A stretch of DNA of 63,232 nt, the filler included, from Chiloscyllium plagiosum (lineage: Eukaryota): NCBI RefSeq assembly GCF_004010195.1. It is 7 parts of one record of this genome, joined end to end, with 100 filler letters (N's around TTAATTAATTAA, not from the genome) between each part and the next. Parts side by side here need not be neighbours in the genome. Positions count along the whole stretch, not along the records: positions 1 to 15,993 come from NC_057717.1; 6 more parts are not named here. The stretch is one strand, 5' to 3'. The notes below the pieces were generated by a model, which was not told the origin of the DNA, made no database searches, and worked only from the letters and a program-made list of their open reading frames with translations. Made by a program: the position numbers and the translations under genes. Below are positions 1 through 11,960 of the stretch, piece after piece (position 1 is the stretch's first letter; each line of letters starts with the position of its first letter).

Positions 1-48
1 CTGGCGGTGTGAGGCAGCAGTGCTAACCACTGTGCCACCGTGCCGCCC
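1..48 (-). mobile_element. 5' (tRNA-derived) end of a shark HE1/V-SINE-type SINE, cut by window edge
   Basis: Reverse complement reads GGGCGGCACGGTGGCACAGTGGTTAGCACTGCTGCCTCAC (Pol III A-box), near-identical to the head of the full copy at 19661-19972. Confidence 0.85.
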
Positions 49-332
49 CCCCCCCCCCCCCATTATGTATTATATATTTGCAATAAGTTAATAGTTTGCC
101 ATTCATATTTCCATCATAGTTTAAGTAACATTGCTCTGGATCATAAACGTGTTGTTTTAGCAGATTAAAGAAACTGGCCTGACCTGTTCCTAAAACTGAC
201 CCTGACCCAGTCTGAGAACGATGTCATCGGCCATATCACCGACCTGGTTACATTTAACATTTGTTCTGAGCAGTGGAGGAGTGGGACCAGAGAAGGAAGC
301 AGTGATCCAAAAAGCCAGGGAACTATAGACAA

Positions 333-620
333 ATGAGCCTTATGTCAGTGATGGTTCAGTTGGAGGGGATTATGAAGGACAGAATTTACATACAATTGGG
401 AAGGCAAGGGCTGATCGGGGTAGCCAATGTGGCTTTCTGTATGGGAAATCATATCTCGTTAATTTGTTTGCGTTTTATAAAGAGGTGGCAAAGAAGATTG
501 ATGAAGGCAGTTTGGTAGACATTGTCTCTTTGGACCTCATAACATTCCGATTGGTGGGCAGATTAGTAAGTTTCGGACACGTGGGTAACAGAGGAAGCGT
601 GTCACAATTGGCTTGAAGGA
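333..620 (+). mobile_element. Degenerate CR1 LINE RT fragment
   Basis: ORF track LEGIMKDRIYIQLGRQGLI matches the CR1 ORF2 motif LE.I.RDRIY..LE..GLI. Confidence 0.7.
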
Positions 621-624
621 AGAC

Positions 625-1370
625 ATGTATTTCGCTGCTCTATCCACACTGACTCTACATCTGCTGACTCTAGGTCCCCCCGCGCAAGGGACTGAATATC
701 CTCCCTTACCAACAAGGCCACCCCAACCCCTCTGCCCGTCAGTCTGTCTTTACGATAGCACGTGTAGCCTTGAATATTCATTTCCCAGGCCCTGTGCACT
801 TCAAGGAGAAAGTGAGGACTGCAGATGCTGGAGATCAGAGCTGAAAATGTGTTGCTGGAAAAGCACAGCAGGTCAGGCAGCATCCAGGGAACAAGAGAAT
901 CGACGTTTCGAACATAAGCCCTTCTTCTTTCGGGCATAAGCCCTTCCTCAGAAACGTCAATTCTCCTGTTCCTTGGATGCAGCCTGATCTACTGTGCTTT
1001 TCCAACAACACATTTTCAGCCCTGTCCATTTGAAGCCACGTCTCAGTTATCCCGACAATATCGTATCTGCCAATTTCCAAAAGAGCCTCAAGCTCTTCCA
1101 TCTTATGTCTAACGCTTCGTGCATTCATGTATAGTTTTTTTAATTTGTTACAGCTCTCACCCTTCCCATCAACTCCTATTTCAATCAACCTTACAGCATG
1201 ATCCCTTACCGAGTTTTCTGCCTCATTGATTCAGGTGTCTTTCTTGACTTCTCTTGTTCTAACTTTCCCTTCAATTTCCTTTTTAAACATCCAGTTTGTT
1301 CGTCCTTGAGGATTTCCTGCACTCTGTCGGCGATGTCTTTCACCCTGGCACCAGGTGCTCCTGCTTCTTC
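625..1370 (-). mobile_element. CR1 LINE ORF2 N-terminal AP-endonuclease fragment, interrupted by a fold-back mini-element
   Basis: Translation LYMNARSVRHKMEELEALLEIGRYDIVGITETWL...NIQGYTCYRKDRLTGRGVGVALLVRE...VESVWIE contains the CR1 APE motifs. Confidence 0.85.
806..1018. mobile_element. Fold-back Penelope-derived mini-element with degenerate 17-bp TSD
   Basis: Begins GAGAAAGTGAGGACTGCAGATGCTGGAGATCAGAG and has inverted arms. Flanks are gccctgtgcacttcaag (789-805) and gccctgtccatttgaag (1019-1035). Same family as 27337-27554. Confidence 0.75.
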
Positions 1371-1623
1371 CCACAGTTAAAAAGAATGCACAGTTTAGGT
1401 GAATTGGCCATGCTAAATTGTCCGTCGTGTTTTGCGCTTCGGTGGGTCAGTGTGGACTTGTTGGGCTGAAGTAAACTAATATAAAAAAAGAGTTCATTCG
1501 GCACCTCACGCTGGTTTCACAGGAACATGAGGAAGCCATTCAGCCCATTGACACTACTGGAAAAGAACAGGGACAGCCCATTCAGTGCCTCCAGCCTATT
1601 ACTCAGGAAGAGAATGTGTCTAG

Positions 1624-2248
1624 TGTGATGGGCCACACCAGATCGCCTCGAAAATATTTGAAGGCGGTAGCGTAGATTCTAATGTGTTCTGCTTTTAAAG
1701 GAAATGTAATGTGTCTGTTCCAGATGCAATGTGACTAGTCAATCTACTCGGTGTGAATCAAAACACCATTTATTTAAACACGAAAGATTAAATGAAACCA
1801 AAGAAAGGAATCTAGGATAGTGTATTTTTATTGGACAAGTTAACAGAATAATAGAACTAGGAACTATTACTAATGAACTGTTCCCATAAACACAGCCCCT
1901 GGCAAAAAGAAATATTCAGACAAAGATTGTCACAATCACTTCTCCAATTTAGGAATTAAAAACAGCATCAAGAGAAAATTCAGACAGAGTAGTAGCCAGG
2001 AGATAGTCACTGAAGCTTCCAAGTCTGTGGAGAACCCAATAGTTTCTGATGTTGCTGAGAAACTAAAACCCAGAGATCCTAATCTGTGAGAGCTGGTCAC
2101 ACCCATTCAGGCTGCATTTAAATAAACCTAAGACCTCCTTCGCTGTTACTCAAGTGGTCTTAACTAGCCATCTTGGCAATGATCATTCAATCTCTTTCTT
2201 AAAATAAGCCAGAACAAAATAATGTCTTAAAGCTGCAGCATCATAACA
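1624..2248. mobile_element. Solo LTR (625 bp)
   Basis: Termini TGTGATG...CATAACA (TG..CA with short inverted repeat), flanked by ctag/cttg. The paralogous segment at ~23040-23090 lacks this block (empty site). Confidence 0.7.
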
Positions 2249-2467
2249 CTTGTCAGTACATCGAGCTGTCAAACAGGAATCAGTTGTAACCCAATTAGGC
2301 CCTTGGCCCTGTCCAATCGGACGAGGAAGAAGCCAGACAGTTCCTTCAGTCACTTACACAGCAACAGGATGAGGCCATTCAGCCTCTTGAGTCACTTGCA
2401 CGGGAACAGTAGGAGGCCATTTCCCCTCAACACACTTACACAGGGACAGACTGAGGTAAGTGATATT

Positions 2468-2597
2468 GATTCCTGATTAATGTTTATGCCCGAAATGTTG
2501 ATTCTTCTGCTTCTCGAATGCTGCCTGACCTGCGGTGCTTTTCCAGCAAACGACTGTCTACTCTGATCTCCAGCATCGGCAGTCCTCACTGTTTCCG
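2468..2597. mobile_element. Single arm of the Penelope-derived terminal repeat family (degenerate hammerhead)
   Basis: ttcctgatta...tatgcccgaaatgttgattc...gcagtcctcactgtttcc is the reverse of the GAAAGTGAGGACTGCAGATGCTGG terminus. Confidence 0.7.
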
Positions 2598-2649
2598 AAT
2601 TGATGCTCTAATGTGATGAACAATTGGAGCAGAGGCTGCACAGGCAGAC

Positions 2650-3540
2650 TGCTCCACGTTGTTCCTCGTGGCTCCGTCGCTCATGATACACACGTGGGAC
2701 ATTAACGTGGTTTTCCAGTGGTGAGGAGGGAAGCCATATATCTTGTGTGAATTCTCAAGAAGTCATCTTTCATCTCCAAGACGACAGCCTGGTTTTCTCT
2801 ATATTGGGCGGAAACAGGTGGAAATGGCTCCCTGTTTCAGATGGAAGATATTGTGGCTGCTGCTGAGGATTGTGTACAACATGACGTTCAGTACGGGTTC
2901 ACACACTGATTGCAGAATAACGTGGGTAGAATTAATTAAGGCATATAAAGTATTAGGAAAGCCATATTAGTATGATGAATGGACTCTCTATGTTCACATA
3001 ATGCTGATCTTGTTCATGTTTATCTTGTCTAGTTCATGTCCTGTTCAGTGTATCCTGTATGCCTTACTCTGTCCAAGTCTATTTCCACCCTATGATCTGC
3101 CTGACCATGCTTCCTATGACCTGTCTCCACTGCTCATAAATAAAGTATTTCCCTGCAATGAGGTCCACGTGGCAATAAATGAAACCAATCAATCCTCGGT
3201 AAAGCATGGAATTTCTCACCCTGTCAATGTCTCTTTTGGAAATAAGTGATCGCTGCCACTCCTCGTGTTTCAGCGTCACAATTTCTTCATCTTTCACAGC
3301 TCTACAGATTAAACACTCAGCTTCTTTACACTATCCTCATGTTACCATCATCCGTGTCTGTGGTAAGGAGATCATTCCTTACAAAGGAGATCAACTCTGT
3401 AGAGAGTGCCCCAACTCATCTCTTCGCAAGGCTCTATAAGAGCAGGAAGATGGCTTTACTTATGTACTCGAATCATCTTACAATGAAGGACAGCACACCA
3501 TTGACTGCACCCATTACTTACACAGGGTTTGATTCGGAGC
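2650..3540 (-). pseudogene. Decayed Harbinger/HARBI1-like DDE transposase, copy A
   Basis: Minus-strand pieces in Harbinger order: DIDR (3220-3231, cf. AIDG), ILQSVCE (2898-2918, cf. I.LQ.VCD), LGD (2772-2780). Stops and frameshifts present; interrupted at ~2972-3195 by a LINE 3' tail. Homologous to 23230-23900. Confidence 0.55.
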
Positions 3541-3559
3541 AGTCAGCATAGACTTGTGA

Positions 3560-4711
3560 GTAGGAGATCATGCTTCCTAAATTTGTTAGAGTTCTTTGAC
3601 GAAGAGACCAAGAAGGTTGATGAGGGCCGAGCAGTAGACGTCGTCTCTATGGATTTCAGTAAGGCAATGTGATAATGTTTCACACGGCAGGCTGCTCTGG
3701 AAGGTTCCATCATGTGGAATGCTGGCGGAACTGGCCAATTGGATACACTGTTGGCTTGATGGTAGGAAGCAGAGCGTTTCGTGTAGGGGTGCTTGTCAGA
3801 CTGGAGGCTTGGTCCATTGCTGTTTGGTATCTATGATTTGGTTCAGAACGTACAAGGTATAATTAGTAAGTTTGCAGATGACACTAAAATAAGTGGTATC
3901 TTGATCAGTGAGGAAGTTTATCAGAAATTGCAACAGGACATTAATCAGGTGGGCAAGTGGGTCGAGAAATAGCAAATGGAATTTACTATAGAAGTGTGTG
4001 GTCATGCATTGTGGAAACTCAAATCAAGTAGGAGTTTCATGATGAATGAGAGGGCCTTAAGGGGTGCAGTGGGCAGAGAGATCTTAGCATTCAGGTACAC
4101 TGTTCTCTGAGAGTGGAATCACAGGTAGGCAGGGCAGTGAAGAAAGTGTTTGGCACACTGGCCTTCATCAGGCAGGACACGGAGGATAGAAGTTGGGAAT
4201 CTATGTTGCAGTTACACAGGACTTTGGTAAGGGCGCACTTGCTGCATTGTGTTCAGTTTTTGTCACGTTGTTTTAGGGCGGATGTTATGAAATTTGAAAG
4301 CGTGCAGAAGAAATTTACAAGGACGTTGCCAGGACCCATTGGTCTAAGTTATAGGGAGAGGTTGGACAAGCTAGGGCCTTTTCTTTAGAGTGTAGGAGAC
4401 TGAGGGGGGACCTTATAGAGCTGTACAAGGTCACGAGGCGTATTGATAGGGTTAATGCTCTGAGACTTTTTCCAAGACTTATAGTATTGAGGATTAGATG
4501 GGATCAGTTTAAGGTTAGAGGGGAAGGAATAAAAGAGAACCCGAGGAGCCACTTCTTTACACAGAGGGATGGTACATGGATGAGCTGCCAGCAGATGTGG
4601 TTGAAGAGGGTACATTAAAAACATTTCAAAAGCATTTGGATAAATATGAGGATAGGAAAGGACCGGAAGGATTTGGGCCAACTGCAGGGAAATGGGCTTA
4701 GCGTGGATGGA
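3560..4711 (+). mobile_element. CR1 LINE 3' part (RT plus 3' UTR), degenerate
   Basis: KFADDTK at ~3868-3888, then MLQLHRTLVRAHL..CVQF and LSYRERLDKLG, followed by a typical CR1 3' end. Confidence 0.9.
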
Positions 4712-5472
4712 CATTTACAAGGTGGAGTCGAACCCCTCTGTTGATTAAAACCAAACACCCAGAAAAATTCGATTCACCTCATGATCTGTTAAAATATGAG
4801 CGACACAGATCTCCTACGTTCCACTATTTGAACAAAATTTAACAAGTTATTTTCTTAGTTTTAATAGTGAACACTAAACAACAACTATCCACGAATACAA
4901 GCTCCTCTTTTCGTAAGTACTTACTATCTGACTCCAACTCTGTAAACATATGCTGTTCCAACAACCCACATATTAAACATTACAATCTCAAGAAAACACC
5001 ATATCCATCTTCCCCGCTATGTTCACTCTTCCAGCTGCTGATCTCCCTGGGTCATGTTTTTTTTCTGAATGCAAGTAGGTTTGACATGAACATGTATTTT
5101 TGATAGAGAGTGTTTGAGATGGTCAGTTAGCACTCCTGCTGTTGGATGACATTGGCTCTCCCACTCTAGTGTTCAAACTGCCGGGTTTATATACTCCCCA
5201 TGATACAATATTTCTCATAGATTGATTGCTTTCCAGGTGTCCAAACAATAATATTCAAATTCCGTTGGTTGCTGGTAACCTGAGCGTCATTTAAATCTTT
5301 GATTGGATTTGAATTGTTGTCAAAACAGCAACCAAGACCCAGGTATCCATTTTCAAGCTAATGGTGACATATGAAACAGCCTGACCTTTAGCTAGCAACT
5401 GCGGCTGTACTTTCTATTCAGCAAAACCCGTTGTGTCTTAAAGTGACCAGACAAGCTTTCGGCTTCATAACA
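4712..5472 (-). repeat. 3' LTR of the Gmr1-type element
   Basis: Starts TGTTATG directly after the polypurine tract GAAGGGGGGAGG on the minus strand; its distal end matches 11441-11572. Confidence 0.8.
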
Positions 5473-6113
5473 CCTCCCCCCTTCAGAAAAGAAAATGAAC
5501 CATCAGAATGGAGAGATGGCATCCTTCCTTTACCTCTAATTCTTAATCCCATTATTATGAAATACAAAAGTATTAATCTCAGTTATACTAGTCATATTAA
5601 TTCTTCACACCTATATAACACTGTGATAAGTCAAATCTTATCTAAACGTTTTCCTTTAAATCCGCAATAACAATCTGCAATCACATTTTAGGATCAAAAG
5701 CATGTACATTTTGTAAGTTTAAAGTCGATAACATAAGACTCCAATGAAATAGTCTCATATTCTGGTCTTTAAATATCCCAAAAAGTGCTAGAGGTTTGTC
5801 GTTGTCCACAACCATCTCCAACAATTCGTTTTTCATATAAATATTAAAACATTGTCAGGCCAGTACGAAACTTAATCATTCTTTTTCAATAATGGAGATT
5901 TTGTATTTTTCTTTTCTGGTGGATATTGAGTTTCTTCGACAAGTAGCCAATTGACCATTCAATTCTATCATTATCTTTCTGTATCAATACATCTCCGACC
6001 CCTATATCCCAAGCATCAAACACATTTTTCAAAGGGTTTCAAAATATTTGGTGTACCTAAACCTGATGCAGTGATTAGTCCTGCTTTAAAATTCTCAAGT
6101 GCCTCCTGGCATT

Positions 6114-6360
6114 TACATTACATTACATTACAGTGTGGAAACAGGCCGTTCGGCCCAACAGGTCCACACCAACCCGCCGAAGCGCAACCCACCCATACCC
6201 CTACATTTACCCCTTACCTAACACTACGGGCAATTTAGCACGGCCAATTCACCTAACCTGCACATCTTTGGACTGTGGGAGGAAACCGGAGCACCCGGAG
6301 GAAACCCACGCAGACACGGGGAGAACGTGCAAACTCCACACAGTTAGTCGCCTGAGGCGG
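6114..6360 (-). mobile_element. HE1/V-SINE copy lacking its 5' head, nested in Gypsy pol
   Basis: (TTACA)n tail plus core GGAAACCGGAGCACCCGGAGGAAACCCACGCAGACACGGGGAGAACGTGCAAACTCCACACAG. Confidence 0.9.
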
Positions 6361-6524
6361 GACATTGTTCTGTCCACCACAATCCTGTGTTCTTCCTTAG
6401 GAAATCCATTAGAGGTGCCAATACGCTGCTGAAGTTCGCAACAAACTTCTCATAGAATCCACTCAGTTCCAAAAATCGAAGCACCTCTTTCTTCGAGGAC
6501 GGTCGTGGAAATTCCTCAAGCTAG

Positions 6525-7580
6525 AAGACAGATGGTGGTGGCGGAGGTTGTTTTTCAGACTGGAGGCCAGTGACCAATAGAATGCCACAAGGATCAGTGC
6601 TGGGCCCTCTACGTTTTGTCATTTACATAAATGATTTGGATGCGAGCATCAGACGTACAGTTTGTAAGTATGCAGATGACACCAAAATTGGAGGTTTAGT
6701 GGACAGTGAAGAGGGTTACCTCAGATTACAACAGGATCTTGATCAGATGGGCCAATGGGCTGACAAATGGCAGATGGAGTTTAATTCAGATAAATGCGAG
6801 GTGCTGAATTTTGGGAAAGCAAATCCTAGCAGAACTTATGCACTTAATGGTAAGGTCCTAGGGAGTGTTGCTGAACAAAGATACCTTGGAGTGCAGGTTC
6901 ATAGCTCCTTGAAAGTGGAATCGCAGGTAGATAGGATAGTGAAGAAGGCCTTCCCTTTTTGGTCAGAGTGTTGAGCACAGGAGTTGGGAGGTCATGCTGC
7001 GGCTGTACAGGACATTGGTTAGGCCACTGTTGGAATATTGCGTGCAATTCAGGTCTCCCTACTGTCGGAAATATGTTGTGAATCTTGAAATGGTTCAGAA
7101 AATATTTACAAGGATGTTGCCAGGGTTGGAGGATCTGAACTACAGGGAGAGGCTGAACAGGCTGGGGCATGTTTTCCCTGGAGCATCGGAGGCTGAGGGG
7201 TGACCATATAGAGGTTTACAAAATTATCAGGGGCATGCACATGATAAATAGGCAATGTCTTTTCGCTGGGGTCGGGGAGTCCAGAACTAGAGGGCATAGG
7301 TTTAGGGTGAGAGGGGAAAGATATAGAAGAGACCTAAGGGGCAAAATTTTCACGCAGAGGGAGGTACGTGTATGGAATGAGCTGCCAGAGGATGTGTTGG
7401 AGGCTGGTACAATTGCAGCATTTAAAGAGCATTTGGATGGATATATGAATAGGAAGGGTTTGGAGGGATATTGGCCAGCTGCAGGCAGGAGGACTAGATT
7501 GGGTTGGGATATCTGGTCGGCATGGACGGGTTGGACCGAAGGGTCTGTTTCCATGCTGTACATCTCTATGACTCTATGAC
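6525..7580 (+). mobile_element. CR1 LINE 3' ~1 kb, nested in Gypsy RT
   Basis: PQGSVLGPL..IYINDLD, KYADDTKIGG, LYRTLVRPLLEYCVQF; tail ctctatgactctatgac. Confidence 0.95.
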
Positions 7581-9532
7581 TAAGCCTTTGTGTTTCATGG
7601 GGTTAACCTTCAATGTCCAATGTAATGTCCCAAGAATGCCACCTCTGCCTTCGCGAATTCTGTTTTCTTTAAGTTTATTACCAAGTTTGCTTCTTGTAAT
7701 CGTTCAACATGCTCTGCCAAGTGTAACATGTGAGCTTTCAATCACTTGCTAAAAATCACTACATCATCCAAATAAACTACACAATTTGTTCATCTGGCAA
7801 CAACTCTGTTCCTGAGTCTTAAATGTGGCTGGAGCATTATTCATTCACGTGACACACTTCATAACGTTTTTGTCAAATCCGGTATCTTTACCAGACAGTT
7901 TAACTGACTCTACATTTTGTTTAAATTTGAAAGGGGCCACTAAACCTGGCTTTGAAGCGATTTCCTACCACTGGTGGCAATACTAATACGTCATCCCCAT
8001 GGGAAATCGTCAAAGTTTCAGAGTTTTAATCTGCAACATGCTTCATTCTATGCTGTGCCCTCTTAAGGTGCTGCTTAGCTAACTCACCTACTCCATCTAA
8101 TCTCTCCCTCACCTCTCGTACATAATCCAACTGTGAGATCTCCGATTTCAGTCCTGTCAATTTATATTTAGCTAACTTCAAAGGACCTCTTAATTCATGT
8201 ACGAATATTAACTCAAAGGAAGTAAACTGAGTAGATTTATGTGGGACATCTCTAATGGCAAACAATTTAATAGGACACCTTTATCCCAATCATTCAGTAA
8301 TCCTGACATTACACTGTTAACAAGGTCTTCAGTGTCTGATGCTAACTTTTCAATGCTCCCTGGGATTCAGGATGTGACGCGCCTGATTTGAAGTGCTGTA
8401 TGTCTAAACTATCCATGACTTCTGTAAACAGCTGAGCAGTAAAATGAAACCCTTAGTCTGACTGAATCTGTCTGCGTAGTCCACAGCGAGTAAAGAAAGC
8501 TACCAACCCCTCCCCCTCCTGTTTCGCCTTAACACGCTGAAATGGAATTGCATTCAGAAATCTGATAGACACATCCATGATGGTCAGCAAATAATGGTTT
8601 CCACTTTTATTTTGAAAAGGAGAGTGATACAAATAATCATAACCCATGGGAAAGTTTCTTCGAATGCAAGAATTGCCAACAAAGGTACTGGTTTTATTAC
8701 TGCCTGTGACTTAACTACCATTTGGCATGTATGACATGTAAAACAAAAACTAACCACGTCCTTGTGCATTCCAGGCCACTAGAAATGCTTCTGTACCTTA
8801 GCCTGAGCCTTCCGTACACCTGGGTGACCGTCTGCAGTTAGTTCATGTGCTGCCCGTAACACTGTCTGCGACCAGTAACATAATCTGGTGCACTTCGGCC
8901 CATTTCCCTTCTGCACTAACCTGTCGTGATCTCCATTTTAATTTTTGGATTCTATCTTTAAATTAATAACGTTCGATAACATATTCTGATTTCTTTTCTG
9001 TGTGTGTGCATGTATATGTATGCGTGTTTATATACAGCTGTTGTAAGTCCATTAGCCTTTCAGGACTAAAAACCTCTGCCTGACGCTCTGCCTGTTCAGG
9101 TTTTGTTTCCTACACCGTGACATCAAACAGGGTGTCAGTTAATTGCACATCAACTCCTTTGGGTTTTTCGTTCGTTCTTTCCTTCCTGCTGTAACATATG
9201 ACGGTGGGATCTTGTTACTACACAGTCTGCAAATATCCTGGGTATTTTCCTTTCAGCTCCCTAGTTCACTAGTCTTCCTTTGACTCCTCCAACACAAGGG
9301 GTGCCTCTCCCACCTTGAATCTTGCTAAGTCGTTCCCAAGAACAAACCGTATTCCTGGAATTGACACTCTGTCACTTACTCTCACTGTTATTTCCCCAAT
9401 ATTAATTTGGCATTCCAATCTGATGTTACACAAGGGAATGCTTAATTTGTGTCCTGTTCCACAAATTATCACGCTCTTGATTGACATGCCAGAAAGAGTG
9501 AAAATACTTCCATCTCTTCCTATTAGAAACTG

Positions 9533-10200
9533 AGAGAAAGTGAGGACTGCAGATGCTGGAGATCAGAGTTGAACACTGGGGCTGGAAAAGCACAGCAAGT
9601 CAGGCAGCACCTGAGGAACAGGAGAGTTGACATTTCAGGCACAAATCCTTCATCAGGAAAGTGGGAGGTAAGGGAGGGGGAACAGGGCTGAGAGATAAAT
9701 GGGAGTGTGGGGGTGGAGCTGGAGGAGGTAGCTTGGAAGGCGATAGGTAGATGCAGGTGAGGGGTGATGGTGATAGATCAGAGAGGAGGGTGAAGTGGAT
9801 AGGTGGTAGGACAGCTAGAACCTTCAAGCTATACAGCCTCAACATCGACTTCACCAAATTCCAAATCTCTCCTCCCATAACCTTATCCTAGATCCAACCA
9901 TTGAATTCAGTACCGCCCTCTTGCACTGCCATAATTGTCTATCTTCCTTCCCACCTACCCACTCAACCCTTCCCTTCGACATATCACTCTCACTCCCACC
10001 TACAGCTTCCCATCGCCTTCCCAGTGACCCTCCCGCCAGCGCAGCTCCTACCCTGCTGTTTAACCTTCAACCCTCCATCCCCCCGCCACATTCCTGACAA
10101 TGGGTTTATACCTGATATGTCGATTGTCCTGCTCTTCAAATGCTGCCTGATCTGTTGTGAATTTGGGGCGCCTCACTTCTCAACTACTGGAGACTGAGCA
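9533..10200. mobile_element. Penelope-like (Neptune-type) element with inverted structure, nested in Gypsy
   Basis: GAGAAAGTGAGGACTGCAGATGCTGG terminus; a purine-rich arm (9660-9810) inverted relative to a pyrimidine-rich arm (9870-10090); ORF C-terminal remnant (..LNIDFTKF); degenerate hammerhead cores at ~9630-9657 and ~10093-10122. Confidence 0.7.
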
Positions 10201-11440
10201 GACCTCATTCCTCACAAAATTATAATTTCTTGTCCTTCACCCCCCCCCCCCCCNNNNNNNNNNNNNNNNNNNNNNNNNNNNNNNNNNNNNNNNNNNNNNN
10301 NNNNNNNNNNNNNNNNNNNNNNNNNNNNNNNNNNNNNNNNNNNNNNNNNNNNNNNNNNNNNNNNNNNNNNNNNNNNNNNNNNNNNNNNNNNNNNNNNNNN
10401 NNNNNNNNNNNNNNNNNNNNNNNNNNNNNNNNNNNNNNNNNNNNGTTCATTCAAGTGAATTCTTACCATCTCTGGAAGTGAGTATTTAAACTTCTCCAGC
10501 AGAATAATCTCCCTTTGAGCCTTACAGGTCTTATCCATTTTTAAGGCTCACAACAATCTATCAAAATGACTGTGTTGAATTATTTCAAACTCAATATAAA
10601 TCTGACCTGGTTCTGTCTCTATATTTCTGAGCCTATGTCGATATGCTTCTAGTACATTTAATAAGCACTCAAAACAGCGTGCGTGACATCTGCATAATCT
10701 CTTGCCCCCTCATCTGACAGCGCTGCATATACCTCACTAGCTGTACCCACCAACTTAGTCTGAGCTAGCATTACCCGCAAGTTCACTGGATACACCATCT
10801 ACTGAGGCAATTTTTCAAATGAAATAAAAACGGTTTTGACATTTTTCTCACTGAAATATGACAATATATTAGCATAGTTGTATACATCACTACGTTCTCC
10901 CTTCATCTTCATTCTGCTAATTTAACTTTCTTATCTAATTTTCAACTTCTGAATTTCAAATTCTCTCTCCCTTTCTTATTCCCCTCTTTCTCTTTCTCTG
11001 TCTTCTGTCTCTCTTTCTGTCTTTTTTAAATCTTCTAAGTCCAGTTGCCACATTTGCAATTTAAGTTTTTCAAACTCGACTGCAGTTGCCTGTTTCTCTG
11101 ATACATCAACGTGCTTGACCAACTCCATTACAATTTCAACTTTCCTTTTGTCCCTGTTTCAACCCAATTCTAATCTAGTTGTTAATTCTAAAAGTATGCC
11201 CTTTCTCTGTTTTTCTAAACTTTCTTGGTAAATTTGGGAATCATCTTCAAACCCCAGAACCTCTTTAGTAATGTTAAAAGTCATTACTAATAATTTAACC
11301 AACCAAGTAAACAAAATTAAGCGAATTTTCTCACTTGTTTTATTTGAAGATCTAGTTCACTAACTGCCAAGTAATGGAATCTGCTGGGACTTTTTTTTTA
11401 TCCCAAATCTATTCAAATCCCATACGACAAGCTCTCAAAC

Positions 11441-11572
11441 TGTTATGATGTCCACGTGGAACCCCTCTGTTAATTAAAACCACACACCCAGTAAAACTCA
11501 CCTCGCCTCGAACTGTGTTAAAACATGAGTAACCGAGAAGTTCCAAATTAAAAGAAAAATAGCAATTTATAA
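11441..11572 (-). repeat. Truncated 5' LTR of the Gmr1-type element
   Basis: Ends ...ATAACA on the minus strand, followed by TTTGAGAGCTTGTCG (decayed TGGGGGCTCGTCC Pro-PBS). Cut by a Penelope insertion at ~11573. Confidence 0.75.
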
Positions 11573-11960
11573 GTCTGTAAGTTAGCTCGCTGAGCTTGAA
11601 TGTTTGTTTTCCGATGTTTCATCATCATGAATAGGTAACGTCTTCAGTGAGAGTCTACGGTGAAGTGCTGGTGGCATGTCCTGCCACTCTATTTATAGGC
11701 CTTGGTTTCTTAAGTTGGGTGATGTCATTTCCAGTTCTTTTTTTCAAGGGAAGGTAGATAGGATCTAAAATGATGTGTTTATTAATATACTTCTGGTTAG
11801 AATGCCATGCCTTTCAGAACTTTCGTGCGTGTCTTTGTTTCGCCTTTCCTAGAATGTGTGTATAGTCCCAAAGTGGTGTCCTTCTTTGTCTTATGTATAG
11901 AAACTAATGGAGTGGTTCATGTCTTTCAGTGGCCAGTTGGTGTTCATGTATCCTGCTAGC
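11573..11960 (-). mobile_element. Penelope-like (Poseidon-type) 3' fragment
   Basis: Minus strand encodes IHEHQLATERHEP... and ...LKGMAF / INKHIILDPIY-like C-terminal pieces; degenerate CTGAAGA..GAAA at ~11612-11650. Confidence 0.7.

Larger units (their letters stand above)
4712..11572 (-). mobile_element. Gmr1-type (PR-IN-RT-RH order) Gypsy LTR retrotransposon relic with SCAN-like gag and both LTRs
   Basis: The ends are homologous (aacccctctgtt.attaaaacca at 4731 and 11461). Degenerate Pro PBS at ~11418-11440. Gag reads FISFEK...GTASEVYAALSDE...EAYRHRLRN...REIILLEKFKYSLPEMVRIHL. Integrase has HHCC (AHEL..GHPG..CFTCHTC), IQSD and FSGPF. RT VYLDD at ~7765; RNase H YLSKKLN/RLFHWSLML. PPT at 5473-5484. 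Confidence 0.9.
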
